Below are positions 39,001 to 51,833 of a stretch of 64,000 bases of DNA, piece after piece. The notes beneath the pieces were generated by a model, which saw only the letters and a program-made list of their open reading frames with translations, made no database searches and was not told the DNA's origin. The position numbers were made by a program, and so were the translations under genes. The first letter of the stretch is position 1. Each line of letters begins with the position of its first letter. Source of the DNA: Botryllus schlosseri (lineage: Eukaryota); the NCBI GenBank assembly GCA_051294905.1, contig CM119372.1:37388001-37452000 (forward strand), in the 5' to 3' direction.

Positions 39001-39679
39001 ATACAAAATGGACGTCACTTTCAAGCGCTTGTTAGGAGTAAAAGTTTGGAAGATTGAAGAGTTTGAAACCATCCGACAGCTCTTTGGACCCATATGGTTT
39101 GATGTTTCCCACAGCTGCAACGGTCGAAGCCGATTTCTCGATAATCAACTGGGAGAAGGGTCTCTACCAGGCGTCACTGACTGATTTTTATTTGGAAGCC
39201 ATTCTTCAGGCGTAAGACTTCGAGAAGAAAGTATTGGAAAGTTAGATCAAGATCACTGATGATGTCGATGTGTTGAAGGACATGAATACATGATAATAAC
39301 ATACTTTCGGTGAAGTTTTCTAGTAGTATTAGGGCTCAAAAACACCTTCAATTCTTATTTTTGGAGATTCTCCAAAACTAAAATATGAAAACATCCAAAA
39401 CTAAGCTATTTTTGTTATTTTTGGAGAAATCCAAAAATAAACAGGCCTGGATATCACCCAAGCAGGATTGAAAACATAAATTGAACATGACTTCAATACT
39501 GTGACTTGGACTCGGACTCGAGTCATAACACTATGACTCAGACTTGACCCTTTAAACGGTGACTTGGACTCGGACTCGACTCGGTAATGAATTGAAAATG
39601 ACTCGACTTGACTCGAGTCAAAACCACAAAAGTAAGATTGACTCGTGACTCGGAACCATGTGACTTGGTTACAACCCTG
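36047..39679 (+). mobile_element. hAT element with GACTCGAGTC subterminal arrays and a dimerisation-domain relic
   Basis: TIR CAGGGTTGTAA; perfect TSD GTGACTCC; CLSIPASSALVERVFSKCGFILRP...LVFLKCN at ~36620-36750; another right end at ~44260-44443. Confidence 0.9.
37866..39449 (+). mobile_element. deleted hAT-like transposon nested in 36047-39679
   Basis: TIR CAGGC(A/C)TGTTTATTTTT(A/G)GAT; perfect TSD GATATCAC; relic RVWCGLH..LELVAQ, GYLRQQQDLIQEMKSTYP, ATVEADFSIINWEK...SLTDFYLEAILQA. Confidence 0.88.
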
Positions 39680-41985
39680 GTGACTCCAGTCAAGTCAAGT
39701 CATACGAAAAAGTTGACTAAAGTCTGACTCGAGTTATATCATGGCTCGAGTCATCCCAACATTGCTCATTAGTGGGTCTGTCTCAGTCGCCGAATCGCGC
39801 GATGCGCAAATATTTTCTATAATTCATGATTGAATTGGTCAATAATATCGGGAATTGGATATATATTGCTATAATTTTTTTATCCTCTCTCTGCCCACGT
39901 AATCAGATTTACCGTTAGCGCTGAGTAAGGTTTTGCTTGGAAAATATAGGGCCCGTAAATAGTAATTAGACATATTCGAATGGGTCCGTTATTGTTATAA
40001 TGAATTCATTACATGATGTTATTTCGTGACCTCCTGTCTATGACGAAAGATATTAAAATCGCCCAAACGTAGTAAACTAAAAGAAGCACAAGATTTTAAA
40101 TCGGTATTTCTTCACTGGCTATGATTTTCTTATGTGAGATGGCATTGTCTTGTAGATTGTCAGGACAGGAACATTTGGCGCGAGCCATATTAAACATATT
40201 AATAAAGTTGCATAAATTTTCAAAATAAAACTCTATAATTTATGTTAATTCACGAAATAATTTTTGCTCCCCTTCGAGCCCCCCTCCAAATAATTGGAGG
40301 GTTAGGGGTGCGGCAGTCACGGTCCCGGGCCTACATCTTATACCCCTTTTTAATGCTGCGGCGCGTGGCGTCATCAAAAACTAGGAAATTTAACCGCGAG
40401 CACATTTGCGCTTGAGAACCCTGGGCTATATATTGTATAACGCACTTGTATGTAGTCGTAGTTGCAATGCACGAAGTATAGCGAAGAGGTTAGCTGGAGT
40501 AAGTGAATATTATCATTGCCTAAATTCAAGCAACAAGAAGGCAAGTATAGTAAGCAAACTAAATACGGACACGTGACTCGATCATCTTAGTGAAAAGATT
40601 GTTTATTTCTACCAGTCTATCACCCCTTACATACGAGTGTGAATATACACCAATGGCACACGAAGATTGAACCTATCTCAGACTCATACCGTACTATAAT
40701 TCGAGTAAAACAAGTTACGCCTGCAAATAGGACCGAAAGACTGCAGGCACGTAGGATTTGTGTCAGCGATATAATTCTGAGTTAGGTTCTGTTTTCGGGT
40801 ACCACCCTTCTCGGCCCTTTGGGTATGAATACACAGACATTGAGTGTGCCTATAAACATCGTTCGCTCGATTATATTGGCTGCCCGCAAGTTCTAATGAT
40901 GGCGACTCGTAAATTATACATCAAGCCGCATGAACTTTCGACCATGTTTAAGCAGCTATTTTGTCGACATCAACGCAGAATGTAGCCAGGATTCACTACT
41001 CGACAGAAAACGCAAGTCTTTCGACTTTTGAGTAGTCGACCATCGGCGCAGGCGCATAGAAAGATAGCTTATACGCGATCATTACTGTAATAGCCAGTTC
41101 GATAGGCCAGCAGTCGTTGACAATATGAATCTATACACGACAATAATGAATTGCTTGTGGGAAGTGATATTCCCAATAAGATTTAAATCGTTCCGCCTTT
41201 ATGTAGGTGAAGGGGTTAGGAATCGTAGGATTACATGCGTTTCCGGTATATTTGACCTTTAGCGGACGTTGCAACGGCTCGTTAAACGGCGCTCTCGATC
41301 CATTCTGAGACTTTGACTTTCGACACCATTTGCCGTCTCACTACCCATCCAACTGTTAATTAAATTTTGTTTGCGAAGGAGTTGACAAAAGATATGAAAT
41401 ATCGAAGTTATATCCTGCTTGGCCTGTTTTGCTGAATTAGTAGCATACTATTCGCGTAAGTTAACATAGTATGTTTGAAACATATATAATATATAACAGG
41501 GGTGTGCGATACGTACACCCCTGATCGTACCACAAGTCGTTACATCAGTTTTATCGTACGTGATCAGAGTCATGCGTGACACGGAAACTTGGAGAAGCAT
41601 ATAGTCTGTATGACACATCATACATCAACTTCATGGTCATTCGCCGGAATCTATACCCCGATTTTTGACACTGCCCGATATATATCCATGCTCATCGGTT
41701 TTAAAAGGTAACGCTGTTGTCTGAATGCGTTTCACCGTACACAATGTTACGGAAGATCGTCACAGCAAATCCATGCTTTTAATATAAAAAAGAATAGTTA
41801 GTCTTCAGAATCCCTCTAATCCGCAATCTCAAATAAGCATGCGAGCACGTCATTTGTCGTTCACCGCATTACTGAATGGAATTCCTTGAATGCCTGAGGG
41901 CATTTTCTAGATACCGCCATGACGCGCGAACTATAGTAGATATGAATTGTAAACGTAAATTTGTTTGGTACCAGTGAGTATAACT

Positions 41986-42048
41986 ATGTGGCTCGGATGG
42001 ATTGCTTTAGCGATACTTTGCCTTCAGACAGCGTTTGGAAACGATCAG
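41986..42048 (+). CDS. ER-lumenal thioredoxin/PDI-fold protein, exon 1 (signal peptide)
   Basis: MWLGWIALAILCLQTAFGNDQ followed by CAG|GTATGC donor. Confidence 0.65.
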
Positions 42049-42107
42049 GTATGCCGGTACTTCTGCGTAACCTTTATATTATTATTATCATTATTAGTAT
42101 TTTTCAG

Positions 42108-42422
42108 CAAGTGTGGTGTGGAAGTACGTTGAAATGAAGGCACAACATAGGTCTATGACAGAAATCTAATGCGTGTACAACCCGTGTAGCACTGTAGTGC
42201 CGATTGTACCAGCGACACGAATTATGCGTGAAGCCCTAAACGGCCCAAAATAACAATAAAATAGCAGCATACTCCTGGCATCATACGACCGGTCAATAAT
42301 ATTTACAGCTACATACAAAAGTTGTGTTGTCGATTTGTTGGCATACTGTTATTAACCTGTGAACTGCCCTTTAACAATACTACCTCTGGGTAGTCTCAGT
42401 TGGGTCACTGCAAATGCACCCG
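42108..42422 (+). CDS. PDI-fold gene, tentative exons 2 (42108-42123) and 3 (42309-42422; in-frame TAA)
   Basis: ttttcag|QVWCG|gtacgt and tttacag|...SWVTANAP|gtaata give compatible phases (0-1, 1-1); boundaries uncertain. Confidence 0.35.
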
Positions 42423-42822
42423 GTAATATCCCCGCGGTGGTAAGCTTCGGCAATAACCCAAAATATGGCCTACCTAACTGCTAACTGTGCTAACGTGCTC
42501 ATGGTTGGCTGTGTGAAAATTGAAATCACGCTTACCTCCAAATTTTGTGGACTCAATTACCCGTGTCTTCCCATATGACGACCTATATTACAGACACAGC
42601 TTTGAATCATAAAATATATTACTTTATTTAATGCGTGGGCAATAGGGCATACCTACCTATAATGCGCAAGGGTTTGAGCACCCTGAACTAGTCACTCAAA
42701 ACAGAAATCATCTGTGCCACTGATAAGCGTAAGGTGAAAATCAAGCTATAGGAAGTTTTTGGCACGCAATTTCGTTTTCACACCCATTACCGATTAGTTT
42801 AATTCGACATTTAGTGCTTCAG

Positions 42823-43097
42823 ATGCACCAATCAAAATGGGTACATATCTTGAGGGTGAAGTTTTTTGGAATGGGAATATAGCAGTGTTTTTTTGTTGAT
42901 CGACGGCCAAGTATCTATTACCAGGGGGCCGAGTTTCAAAGTTTGAATATGGACCGTGTCAGCCCCGAGCGATGGGGATTACCGGCTTCTGATAAATACT
43001 CTCCGATCGTCGAAATTTCAGAAAACAACTTTGTGTCGAAAGTCATGGAATGCGACGATGTTTGGATAGTGATATTTCACCGAAATGGTGTCATGAA
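42823..43097 (+). CDS. PDI-fold gene, exon 4 (start of thioredoxin-like domain; apparent +1 frameshift in the T7 run)
   Basis: WGLPASDKYSPIVEISENNFVSKVMECDDVWIVIFH matches the PDI pattern V.ELT..NF...V......WLV.F; donor AA|GTAAGG. The 5' boundary could instead be 42925. Confidence 0.7.
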
Positions 43098-44073
43098 GTA
43101 AGGGTTCTTGAGAATGTGCCAGGTTTTTATGGGCGATGATGGTAGTGTCCGAGTTGCTGAGGTCTTCCTTGGGGGCATTATTTTACCAAGGAAAGCGATC
43201 AGTCGCCGTTATCAAATGCATAGTTGTTGTTTTAATATTATTGATGTTTCATATACATCGGTCACTTCAGGCCGGGCTGATATTTCTCATATGGATAGCC
43301 AAGTTGTGGGTTTTAAGCGCGGATTTGTATTCTGGTCAACAGGCTTTCGTGAGACACCGCAAATGCGGATAGGAGACACGTAGCATGTTGAATGTAAATC
43401 CCTCTTTGAATTACATGGGTAAATGACGGTCGCGTTTCCATTCAAATTGTCTCACAGCAGGGGCTTTCCATACCTTCTTTACACCGTGGGCCCATTTGCA
43501 AATGTGGAAAGCTCACGGGTCCTCCTATTATTTCAAGGCTAAGCTTTCTTATTTGACACAATAAGTCAGTAATGTTGATCATAAAATACATATCACATGT
43601 AGGCCTACAATCCTTCGTAACATAGATATAGAAAGCCAAGTTTAATATCACTTTCGTCTTACTTTCTTCGGTTAGCTTTCGCAAATTGTGAAGTATTTAT
43701 AATAATGTAGAAGAACAAAAGAAATAAAACTCGACTAAAATGAAGTTGTATAGCCCACGTAGTGCCGACAGCTTGGAAATCTGTCTTACAGAAAATATTT
43801 TTTATGCTAAGGTGAGTAGCCTACTTGAAGAGGAATTATGAATGACTGAATTACAGAGAGAGAAAGAGAGTTTGTGTTTAACAATGAAAAGTACACAAAT
43901 AATTGAGAAATAAGTTATTTAATTCGGTATATGTATAAGGCGTCAAGGGCATAGTGGGTCTGTCTCTAGTCAGTTTACAATTATCACTGAATCAATCAGT
44001 ATTGAAACACGTCATGTGTTAGGTCCGTTGTCTCCTTCTTATGTAACTATATTTACAATCAACTAAACAACAG

Positions 44074-44164
44074 GAAATGGAAAGACGTGGCAAAGAACTT
44101 TGGCGGAGCAGTATGGGTCGGTAGCGTTGATATCGAATTACACTTAGGACTGGCGGAGAAAGTG
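44074..44164 (+). CDS. PDI-fold gene, exon 5
   Basis: caacag|KWKDVAKNFGGAVWVGSVDIELHLGLAEKV|gtaagt; typical Trx helix 2-strand 3; phases fit both neighbours. Confidence 0.8.
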
Positions 44165-46507
44165 GTAAGTTCAAACTTCTAATATTTATATCCTTCGTGA
44201 TGCGCTTTACATGCCAAGATGAGGTTGTCATGTAATATAACAAGTTCGAAACTCAGCACAGTCAACGCAATGACTCGGGATCGAGTCATAATACCATGAC
44301 TCGGACTCGACCGTCTCCTAGCTGACTTGGACTCGGGCTTGACTCGGTGGTGAAATAAAAATGACTCGACTTGACTCGAGTCAAAACTGTAAAAGTGAGA
44401 TCGACTTGTGACTCGTAGTCATTGCGACTTGGTTACAACCCTGGTTTTCTAAAATCCCATCTCCTCCAGCTGACTTCTCGGCCTAAGCGATATTCCCAGC
44501 AATTGTGAACTACGTTGTCGACAATTTTGACAACGCCTCGAGATATAGATTGCTGGGCTATAGCAACGTGTTTTTTCCATACGAAAAGGTGGATATATAT
44601 TTTTGATCTCCGGTTGAAACTACTATCAGTGTCAGTGATGTCGTTTTAAACATCCTCACTTCGTAATATCTGGTCTTCGACGAATAAGACACATCGGTTT
44701 CCATTAATCGCTGCGAAAGCTAATTAATTGTTTCACACCGAGTTGAAAACTCACTTTTGATGGTTAATTTCCCTTTCCTGGTCGCGATCGATTCAAGTCA
44801 GTGGTGGCGAGAAACACCATACAAAAGTGCACTACCAGCGGATGGGGTAGCCTACTACCCGGTGGGATTTTTCAAACTAGAGTAAAGACGAATACCGATT
44901 ATCAAAACAGTACCAATTTCAACTCGAGCATATCAAGAATCGAGACTGAGCCATCACATAGCCTACTAAGACTTGAGGGATGCAATGATTCTCTCAACAA
45001 GTCGATCGATCTCACAGAGGTACCCGTATTGCTACCTTATTGTGTTTCCCATGCACAAAATAAATCTCTACGAAGTGTTTAACACACACGACCAATAATT
45101 TGTTCAGCATCCAACGGGCACGATTAGAGCATATCCATTATCCATGTACCACTCTGTTCCATATTATGAAGCGGAATGTTGAGGCTTTAGCAGACTTGCC
45201 TCTATCAGATGCAGGATTACTTCCGACCACGCAACTCCTATGAACCATATTAACCCCACTAAAGAATTATTTTAACAAAAGTTGGATAACTTAAGTGTAA
45301 TGGCAAAGTAATAACAACAACCTTACTGCAGCAACTAATGAAATGCTATGGGGGCAATAAGAATACCTTGACCTTTACCAATTTCCTTGAAGCCAGTCCA
45401 TCCTTTATAAGGCAATGGTCAACAGGAGAAAACACCCTATCCAAGACAAATGGTAGTAGCCTACAGCATGTTTGGTTTGTTCGCTAACACAATAGGAGCC
45501 TGCTGTACCAGGATCAAAACGTACCTTACAGCACTGTGATCAATTCACGAAGCGGGTGCCGACAATACTGCATGAACTGAGCCTCGGTTCTAAGGATGTG
45601 AAGTAAATACTAGACTATGCAGTTTAGTATGAAGGACCCCTCATTTTGGGAAGCTTCATCTGTTTTGCGAACGGCCATGCACGTATAGATATAGGCACAC
45701 TGCTGACAAATAAATGCTACAGTAGAGCTGCTCGAACAACGTTCCTCGCGTCATCTACAGTCACCACACTGTCAATAAACCATATTTCGATTGCTAACCG
45801 GCATATCTAATCATAATAATGAACCTCTATTTATGGAATTAATCTGAATAGACCGGGAAACGACAAGTACAAAGCACCAACACGACCTCAAGCGTCAAAA
45901 CGAGCAACTGAAATGTTCGACTACTACCAATGACGAAAGTACCAAAACAACAGCGCCAGTATTCATCAGCACAGATTTTTGCAGCCGCATACGTGGATAA
46001 CTACTAACGTAACTGAAATAGATGCTATTTTGAGGCTAAAATGATTATTTCGTGTTAAAACGATATTACATGATCAGAACGCGGGTATTTATTGCCAGAA
46101 TCGGCTGTGGCCTTGGATCGTACGCTACTTACTATCCGCGTAGGTATTCAAGTAAGATATCCACTAATTTCAGAACCGGCCTCTTAATTTTCAGTCCAAA
46201 ATGTTGGGTGTGAAGCCGTGTTTTAGTAGGCAATGTTCAGCAATGAAGTGAAACGGAGACGATGCGATGAAAGAACTAAGTTGCTCTGAATATGTAACAA
46301 TACGGTATCTGTTGTATTTGCTTTCATAATAATCGAACTTGTGGCGGTCCGTAAAATAAGCGTCACCGGGTCGCGTATTGAGAACACCTGGTCTCGTTCA
46401 TTCATAAGACATTGCGTTATGTTTCGTACGGTAAAATGAAATGCCGACTAAAGACTGACAAAGGTACACTCTGGATTTCGTGTCTTAGATGTTTTAGTAT
46501 GTCCTAA

Positions 46508-48574
46508 GGGGTGGACAAACTACGGCCTGCGGCCCGCAACACCGTTTTGTGCGGCCCGCTGAAGCGTCTGGAAACGTTGTAAAAATATTGCTAAAATTCG
46601 TACTAAAAATCAGATTACTGTTGGTACTTGATCAAACTTTTTCCTATTATATTTCAACATGATAATGATAAGTTATATTCTCAGTTTGTATTTCATTGAT
46701 GGCGCGATTGTCAGACCTCTAGGCCAGAGGTCTCAAACTCAAATGTGCTCGCGGGCCAATTTTCCCGTTTTGACGACGCCGCAGGCCGCAGCATTTATAG
46801 GGGTATTCCATGTCTTTCCAAGTAGGCCTTATTTGGCGGTAATGAACTGTCCTATTGAAAGTGAGCCGATCCAGCAGACTATCAGTGAACACACGTCGTC
46901 AAAATGTGATTTACTCTTGTATAAATTTAGGCCTGGCAAGAAAAGAATCATCATATTCATAACAATTTGAATAGAATTGTTGTTGTACTTGATATATTGT
47001 AATTATGACATATAGACACCATATGGGCGGACAAATGTTTGATGCCATCATAAAAGCTATCGGGTTATAATTTTGCAGCTACTATGAATATTTTGCTATT
47101 TAATATATTGAAAATAGAGACTGATCTGATATGATATCAAAAGATTTTTAGGTTGAGCATTGTAATTCCAATCCATTTTCGGGTATACTTCTGATGAATA
47201 GGCTTTTAATCTCATGGCCAAAATATCTTCAAATATAGGAGCAAAAACAAATATAAATATAATATAAATATATTAATGAATGTGTCCTAATGATTGAAAT
47301 GTCGGAACGCCGAACGGCCCATTGTTGTTACATCGTTGAAGCGTACCACTACGGTACTCGGTACCTGTAAGTGGCCTTAATAACATGGTTTAGCGACCAA
47401 AGATGTAACTGACAGATGGCCAATGGTTGCCATAACTACTTGCTTAGTTAGCGAAATACCAAGCGGCGACCTTCTGGTCTATTACTATTCCCCTGATACG
47501 CGATTAGTTTGTTGCATCCATGGTTCTGACATATTCGCGGCATTCCGAGTCCACTCGAGTCATTTTCATTTTGTCATCGACTTAGCCCGAGTCTGAGTAA
47601 TTCTAAGAAAGGGCGTGTCCAAGTCCAACCCAAAAATTTCAGTCACGAATCGTTTAAGGGTCAGGTTTCGTCATCATGAATTGGAAATGTGGCGAAATAG
47701 TGAATCTTCCACTGCATGGTAGCGTTTGCAATTGATGTGATAGTGAAGTTTGATGAATAGTTTCAGGCTTTCGGGGCAATTTAAGAGGAGATTTTGACTT
47801 TATAACCTGAAAAGATATATGTGACACTAAAATATTTTCAAATTATTAAAAATCTAAAATCTCGTCGCGGGCCGCACAAAATACTTTGGCGGGCCGCATG
47901 CGGCCCGCGGGCCGCGTGTTTGAGACCTCTGCTCTAGGCCCATGTATTTTGAAAGGTTTCAATTGCTAAACGACACAGAAAGTGACACGAAAATGACTTA
48001 ATTCGGGCCATGTGTGTGATTTTAGATTGGAAACACGAGCTAGTATATTTATTTTAGTGCTTTAGCCATACTTAAAAATCGATTCGCGAGTGTGTTTGAT
48101 AGATTCGTTCTTTGTGTGTGTGGAAGTATCTATGTTTCTAATATTTATATATTGTAGAAGGGTATTTGGAGTTAACATGGATATGATGATGTCTGTGCTG
48201 GAGCTAAAACCAAAAGTACAATCAGCAAATCTATGAACAGATCGCTGCCCACAGACTCAAATTTACATCCAGCTCTAAGAATCGGGACAACCGACTTTCA
48301 TCCTTAATTTTGACAATGAGGACTACCAGCTTATAAATTCTTGTCAGTGTTTCTGCCTCGTGTATGTTATCATTATATCGATGTTTGGTTTGTTTTAAAT
48401 ATACAAATATACAATACCGTGCATATAGTCTATGTTCTTTCCATGTCCTCGGTCACTATATAATCAAATAGCAATGTTGCATTTTGGCTTAATATCCCAA
48501 TTTTATACAGTGCGGCCCGCGCATGGATTCAAATCTTGAATGTGGCCCGCGAGCAAAAAGTTTGCCCACCACTG
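46508..48574. mobile_element. hAT MITE hosting 46725-47931
   Basis: GGGGTGGACAAACT / AGTTTGCCCACCACTG with TCCTAA on both flanks; same family as 55856-57031. Confidence 0.72.
46725..47931. mobile_element. non-autonomous hAT, relative of 11743-13043
   Basis: TIR CAGAGGTCTCAAAC; perfect TSD CTCTAGGC. Confidence 0.92.
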
Positions 48575-48810
48575 TCCTAAAGACCATCACAGTGTCATCG
48601 AATCACATTGCCGCAAATCGACAGCATAACAATGTGCAACAAAACCACAAATATTGGGTGCGCCTTCCCGTAAGACGACATCACAAAAATGAGCAACATA
48701 GCGTATCTGCCTCCTGGTGCATAACTGAAGAAATAGGTGACCACGAACATACATGGAACACATAAAGCCGTTTTCAAAACTCAAAACAATGGTATCGTTT
48801 TTATTTACAG

Positions 48811-48933
48811 GGAATAAGCGTTGCTGAAATCACCGAAAAAAGCAACATGGCTGTCGTATTTCCTTTGAGAAATGGCAAGAAATACATTGCGATGGAAGAT
48901 GGACTATTGAAAAGCAGTGGAGTCCCCTCACAG
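48811..48933 (+). CDS. PDI-fold gene, exon 6
   Basis: tttatttacag|GISVAEITEKSNMAVVFPLRNGKKYIAMEDGLLKSSGVPSQ|gtgaat; 123 bp, phase 0-0. Confidence 0.78.
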
Positions 48934-50143
48934 GTGAATAAGTTATATACAATGTATGACACGGGCGGTCAACTTCTCCAGTCGGCGGGCCTGATACGGG
49001 AAAATAAAATACTCGGGGGTCCGGATTCTTGATTCGATATCAATATCAAATCGTATTTAACGTATATTTTAAGCTTGAAGCATAACGACACAAAGTGCTA
49101 TTTAATGCATTTAATAACGTAATATAGCCTACGTCAGTAGCTGATGAAGTCAATGAGACCTACGTTGCCGATCAAAGTAGTCGCAAAGTTATTTCAACTT
49201 TGGCCGGCTGTCGTACGTAGAAATCCTTCGTAAATACTGTACGCGAGCATGAACATCAGTTAGGTTGGAACGCATCTTTGTCGTGCGAATGTATATGGTC
49301 CAAAATGTTTGGTTGCAAATACTGCGGGATTGCGGCAGACTGTGACCGTGGGCCACATTATCATGTAAGACCCGGGACAGTGTGCGGGCAGGGTCTGGCC
49401 CGTGGGCCATATGTTTGCTCGCCCATATTATATTGGCTATCATCATTCATCACATGACAAGTGCCCCTATGTTGCGCTGTATAGTTACGCAAGTCTCATT
49501 CATAGAGTGATATAGCTCGGACGGGTATTTGCAACACAGCGTGTGGTTGTCAAAAGCCAAGCTCGACTCTGTTGCTAATCACCCATTTCTCGGGCCAGAT
49601 TTCGATGTATTTCAATTCGGTTCTATCTGTTTGGTTCCATACGCTTTGACAATTAATTAGCAAATGCAGGTGGCCAGTTTCAAGCGGTGTTCACTCAGTG
49701 GATTTTTCTTTCGTCAATAGTCACACAACTGCTGAAAAGTATAGTGACCATAGTGACCACTCAGCAATCAAGTAGGACTAGCATCTGGAAATGGAGAAAT
49801 ATGGGTCGCATTGTTAGCACTAGGTATGCATGGTACCAAACTTCATTATCAAGTTTTACCGTTCGGACTTTGACCTGCTACAATATGCGTTGCTTTTCTA
49901 GTAAGATATTGTATTATAATATTATTTTTCACACCGTGTAATAATTCAGCACATACATGAAGTGGCTATATACGTTAGTCCCGTAAATCGATGAGTTTCA
50001 AAACGTTTTCATTACATTAACAACCCAATAACTCAACTGATTCCTAACCCAAGAATGCGCCATTAATCACCTATACCACTGATTTAACGCATGCTGGAAA
50101 TGCATATACGTTAGGGTTACCACACGTCCTGTTTTATTTCCAG

Positions 50144-50265
50144 GCTATGCTCTTAGCATCCGAATACATTCCGGACAAGACGACGGACTTGACCTTTGCG
50201 GAGGATCAAATGCAGAAATTCAACGACTGGGTAGTCAAGGGTTATTATTATGAGCAACCGTCCAA
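50144..50265 (+). CDS. PDI-fold gene, exon 7
   Basis: ttatttccag|AMLLASEYIPDKTTDLTFAEDQMQKFNDWVVKGYYYEQPS|gtaagc; phase 0-2. Confidence 0.8.
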
Positions 50266-51012
50266 GTAAGCATCGATATGACATTAAGCAGCTCAGGGGA
50301 TGTCAATGAAAATTGATCATATACTACCAAGGTAGATGCGATAATTTTTGTCATACATGGAGTCACAATCCGGTATTGTCATAATCCAGATAAAGCGTAA
50401 TGTCCGCATGTGGATTTGACAAAATATTGAGTATGCAATTATACAAATTTACATTCAATGCTGTACACTGTAAAGAATCAATGAACTATATGAGTGATTT
50501 GAATGTCCACTAACTTCCACTCGCATTCGAAGCGTTGGAATTATATTCATGTGTTAGTGTCTGATATGTTCGGCCCATTCAATACTTTGCCGCTATGCAA
50601 AACATACAGATCAGCACTGCACTTTTTTGTAGAATCAACTATAGTGGCTTAACCTATGTTATTGTCTCCATTGGATGTCACATCGCAATAACTAGAACTC
50701 GAGTCGCAATAAAAACATTGGAATCAGTCAAAACTGTTCGATATTTATAAGTATGAGCAATTGTGCAATCACATTATCACTCCTACAGTCGTTAAGTGAG
50801 AGGAGTTTTCAGTACTGCTGGATTGATTTAGTTCCTTATCAAGCTGGAGTTTTTTGAGTATTTGAATTGATAGTATTTGGGATAGATTTGTCGAATGACT
50901 GCCAGTAATTAGAAGACCCAGCTGATGTGTCTCTCATTTCATATAGGCAGTAAATTCTAGCTTTATCACACCGGTTCACGACACCGTTAGGGGCACAGTT
51001 TTGTTTTCACAG

Positions 51013-51166
51013 ATTTCCAGTAATTTGCCTTATCGACGAAAAGCAGACGCCACTTCACGTAAGGGTAGCAGCGTATTATTTGGCTTCCCATTTCAATTTT
51101 GGTGTCGTGAAAAAGCGAGACGTGGCGGCAATGCGGACATTCTTCAAGCAAGTTCCAGAGCCTCAG
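51013..51166 (+). CDS. PDI-fold gene, exon 8
   Basis: ttttcacag|KFPVICLIDEKQTPLHVRVAAYYLASHFNFGVVKK...PEPQ|gtaatt; phase 2-0; second Trx-like beta-alpha-beta unit. Confidence 0.8.
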
Positions 51167-51833
51167 GTAATTTCTTTCAGGGTATAAACAGTAAACATGG
51201 GTCGAATTGAATCGTCTGGAAATTATTAATGGTCAATATATATTTAGGCTTATTGACGCTGTGCATGTGGCCTCAACGAGTTACTATAGTCCATGTCATG
51301 AAAAGAACGTGTGAAATAGAAACTCATATTTGGAGCTGGCGAAGATTTTAAACTGCTCCACCTCCAGCTCAGGAGAACTCTTATATCATGAATTAGCTCC
51401 GGCTCCAGCTCCGGAGCTAATTGACACCGCTGCTCCATAGCTCCGTAAACTACCAAATGAGTCAGCCAGTACTCAATACCGACTGTTGCAGCTATGAACA
51501 CACGGGGGCCGTCATCGTGGAACGTAATTTTGTGTGGGCATGCAAAGTCGTGTTGCGTCATAATTACTGAGTGTCATAGTCCCATGAAGACTAAATTAAG
51601 TCCACGGCACGGTATCACACCAAAACACTGATGCGCGGTTTTAATACCTGCGCTGCAGTCGCTGCACTCGCTCATATCACGCCATACAGTTGACTGTAAT
51701 CTTGAAATCCTGTGACTGGTCAAGTGTAGCAAGCGCAACATGAGCGGATGTCGCGACCTTATCACAGGGATACCTAGATATTATAATCTAGATATCCCTA
51801 GGACTTGTCAGTAGAAATTTGCTTTCTAACAAA

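Noticed and set aside
43108..43383. ORF QVFMGDDGSVRVAEV resembling the C-terminus of BEL/Pao integrase
   Set aside because: Short resemblance only. It starts just inside an intron and no other BEL parts or LTRs are nearby.
44460..46000. Possible decayed retroelement on the minus strand
   Set aside because: Coding-like texture, but I could not recover a diagnostic motif by eye; needs BLASTX.
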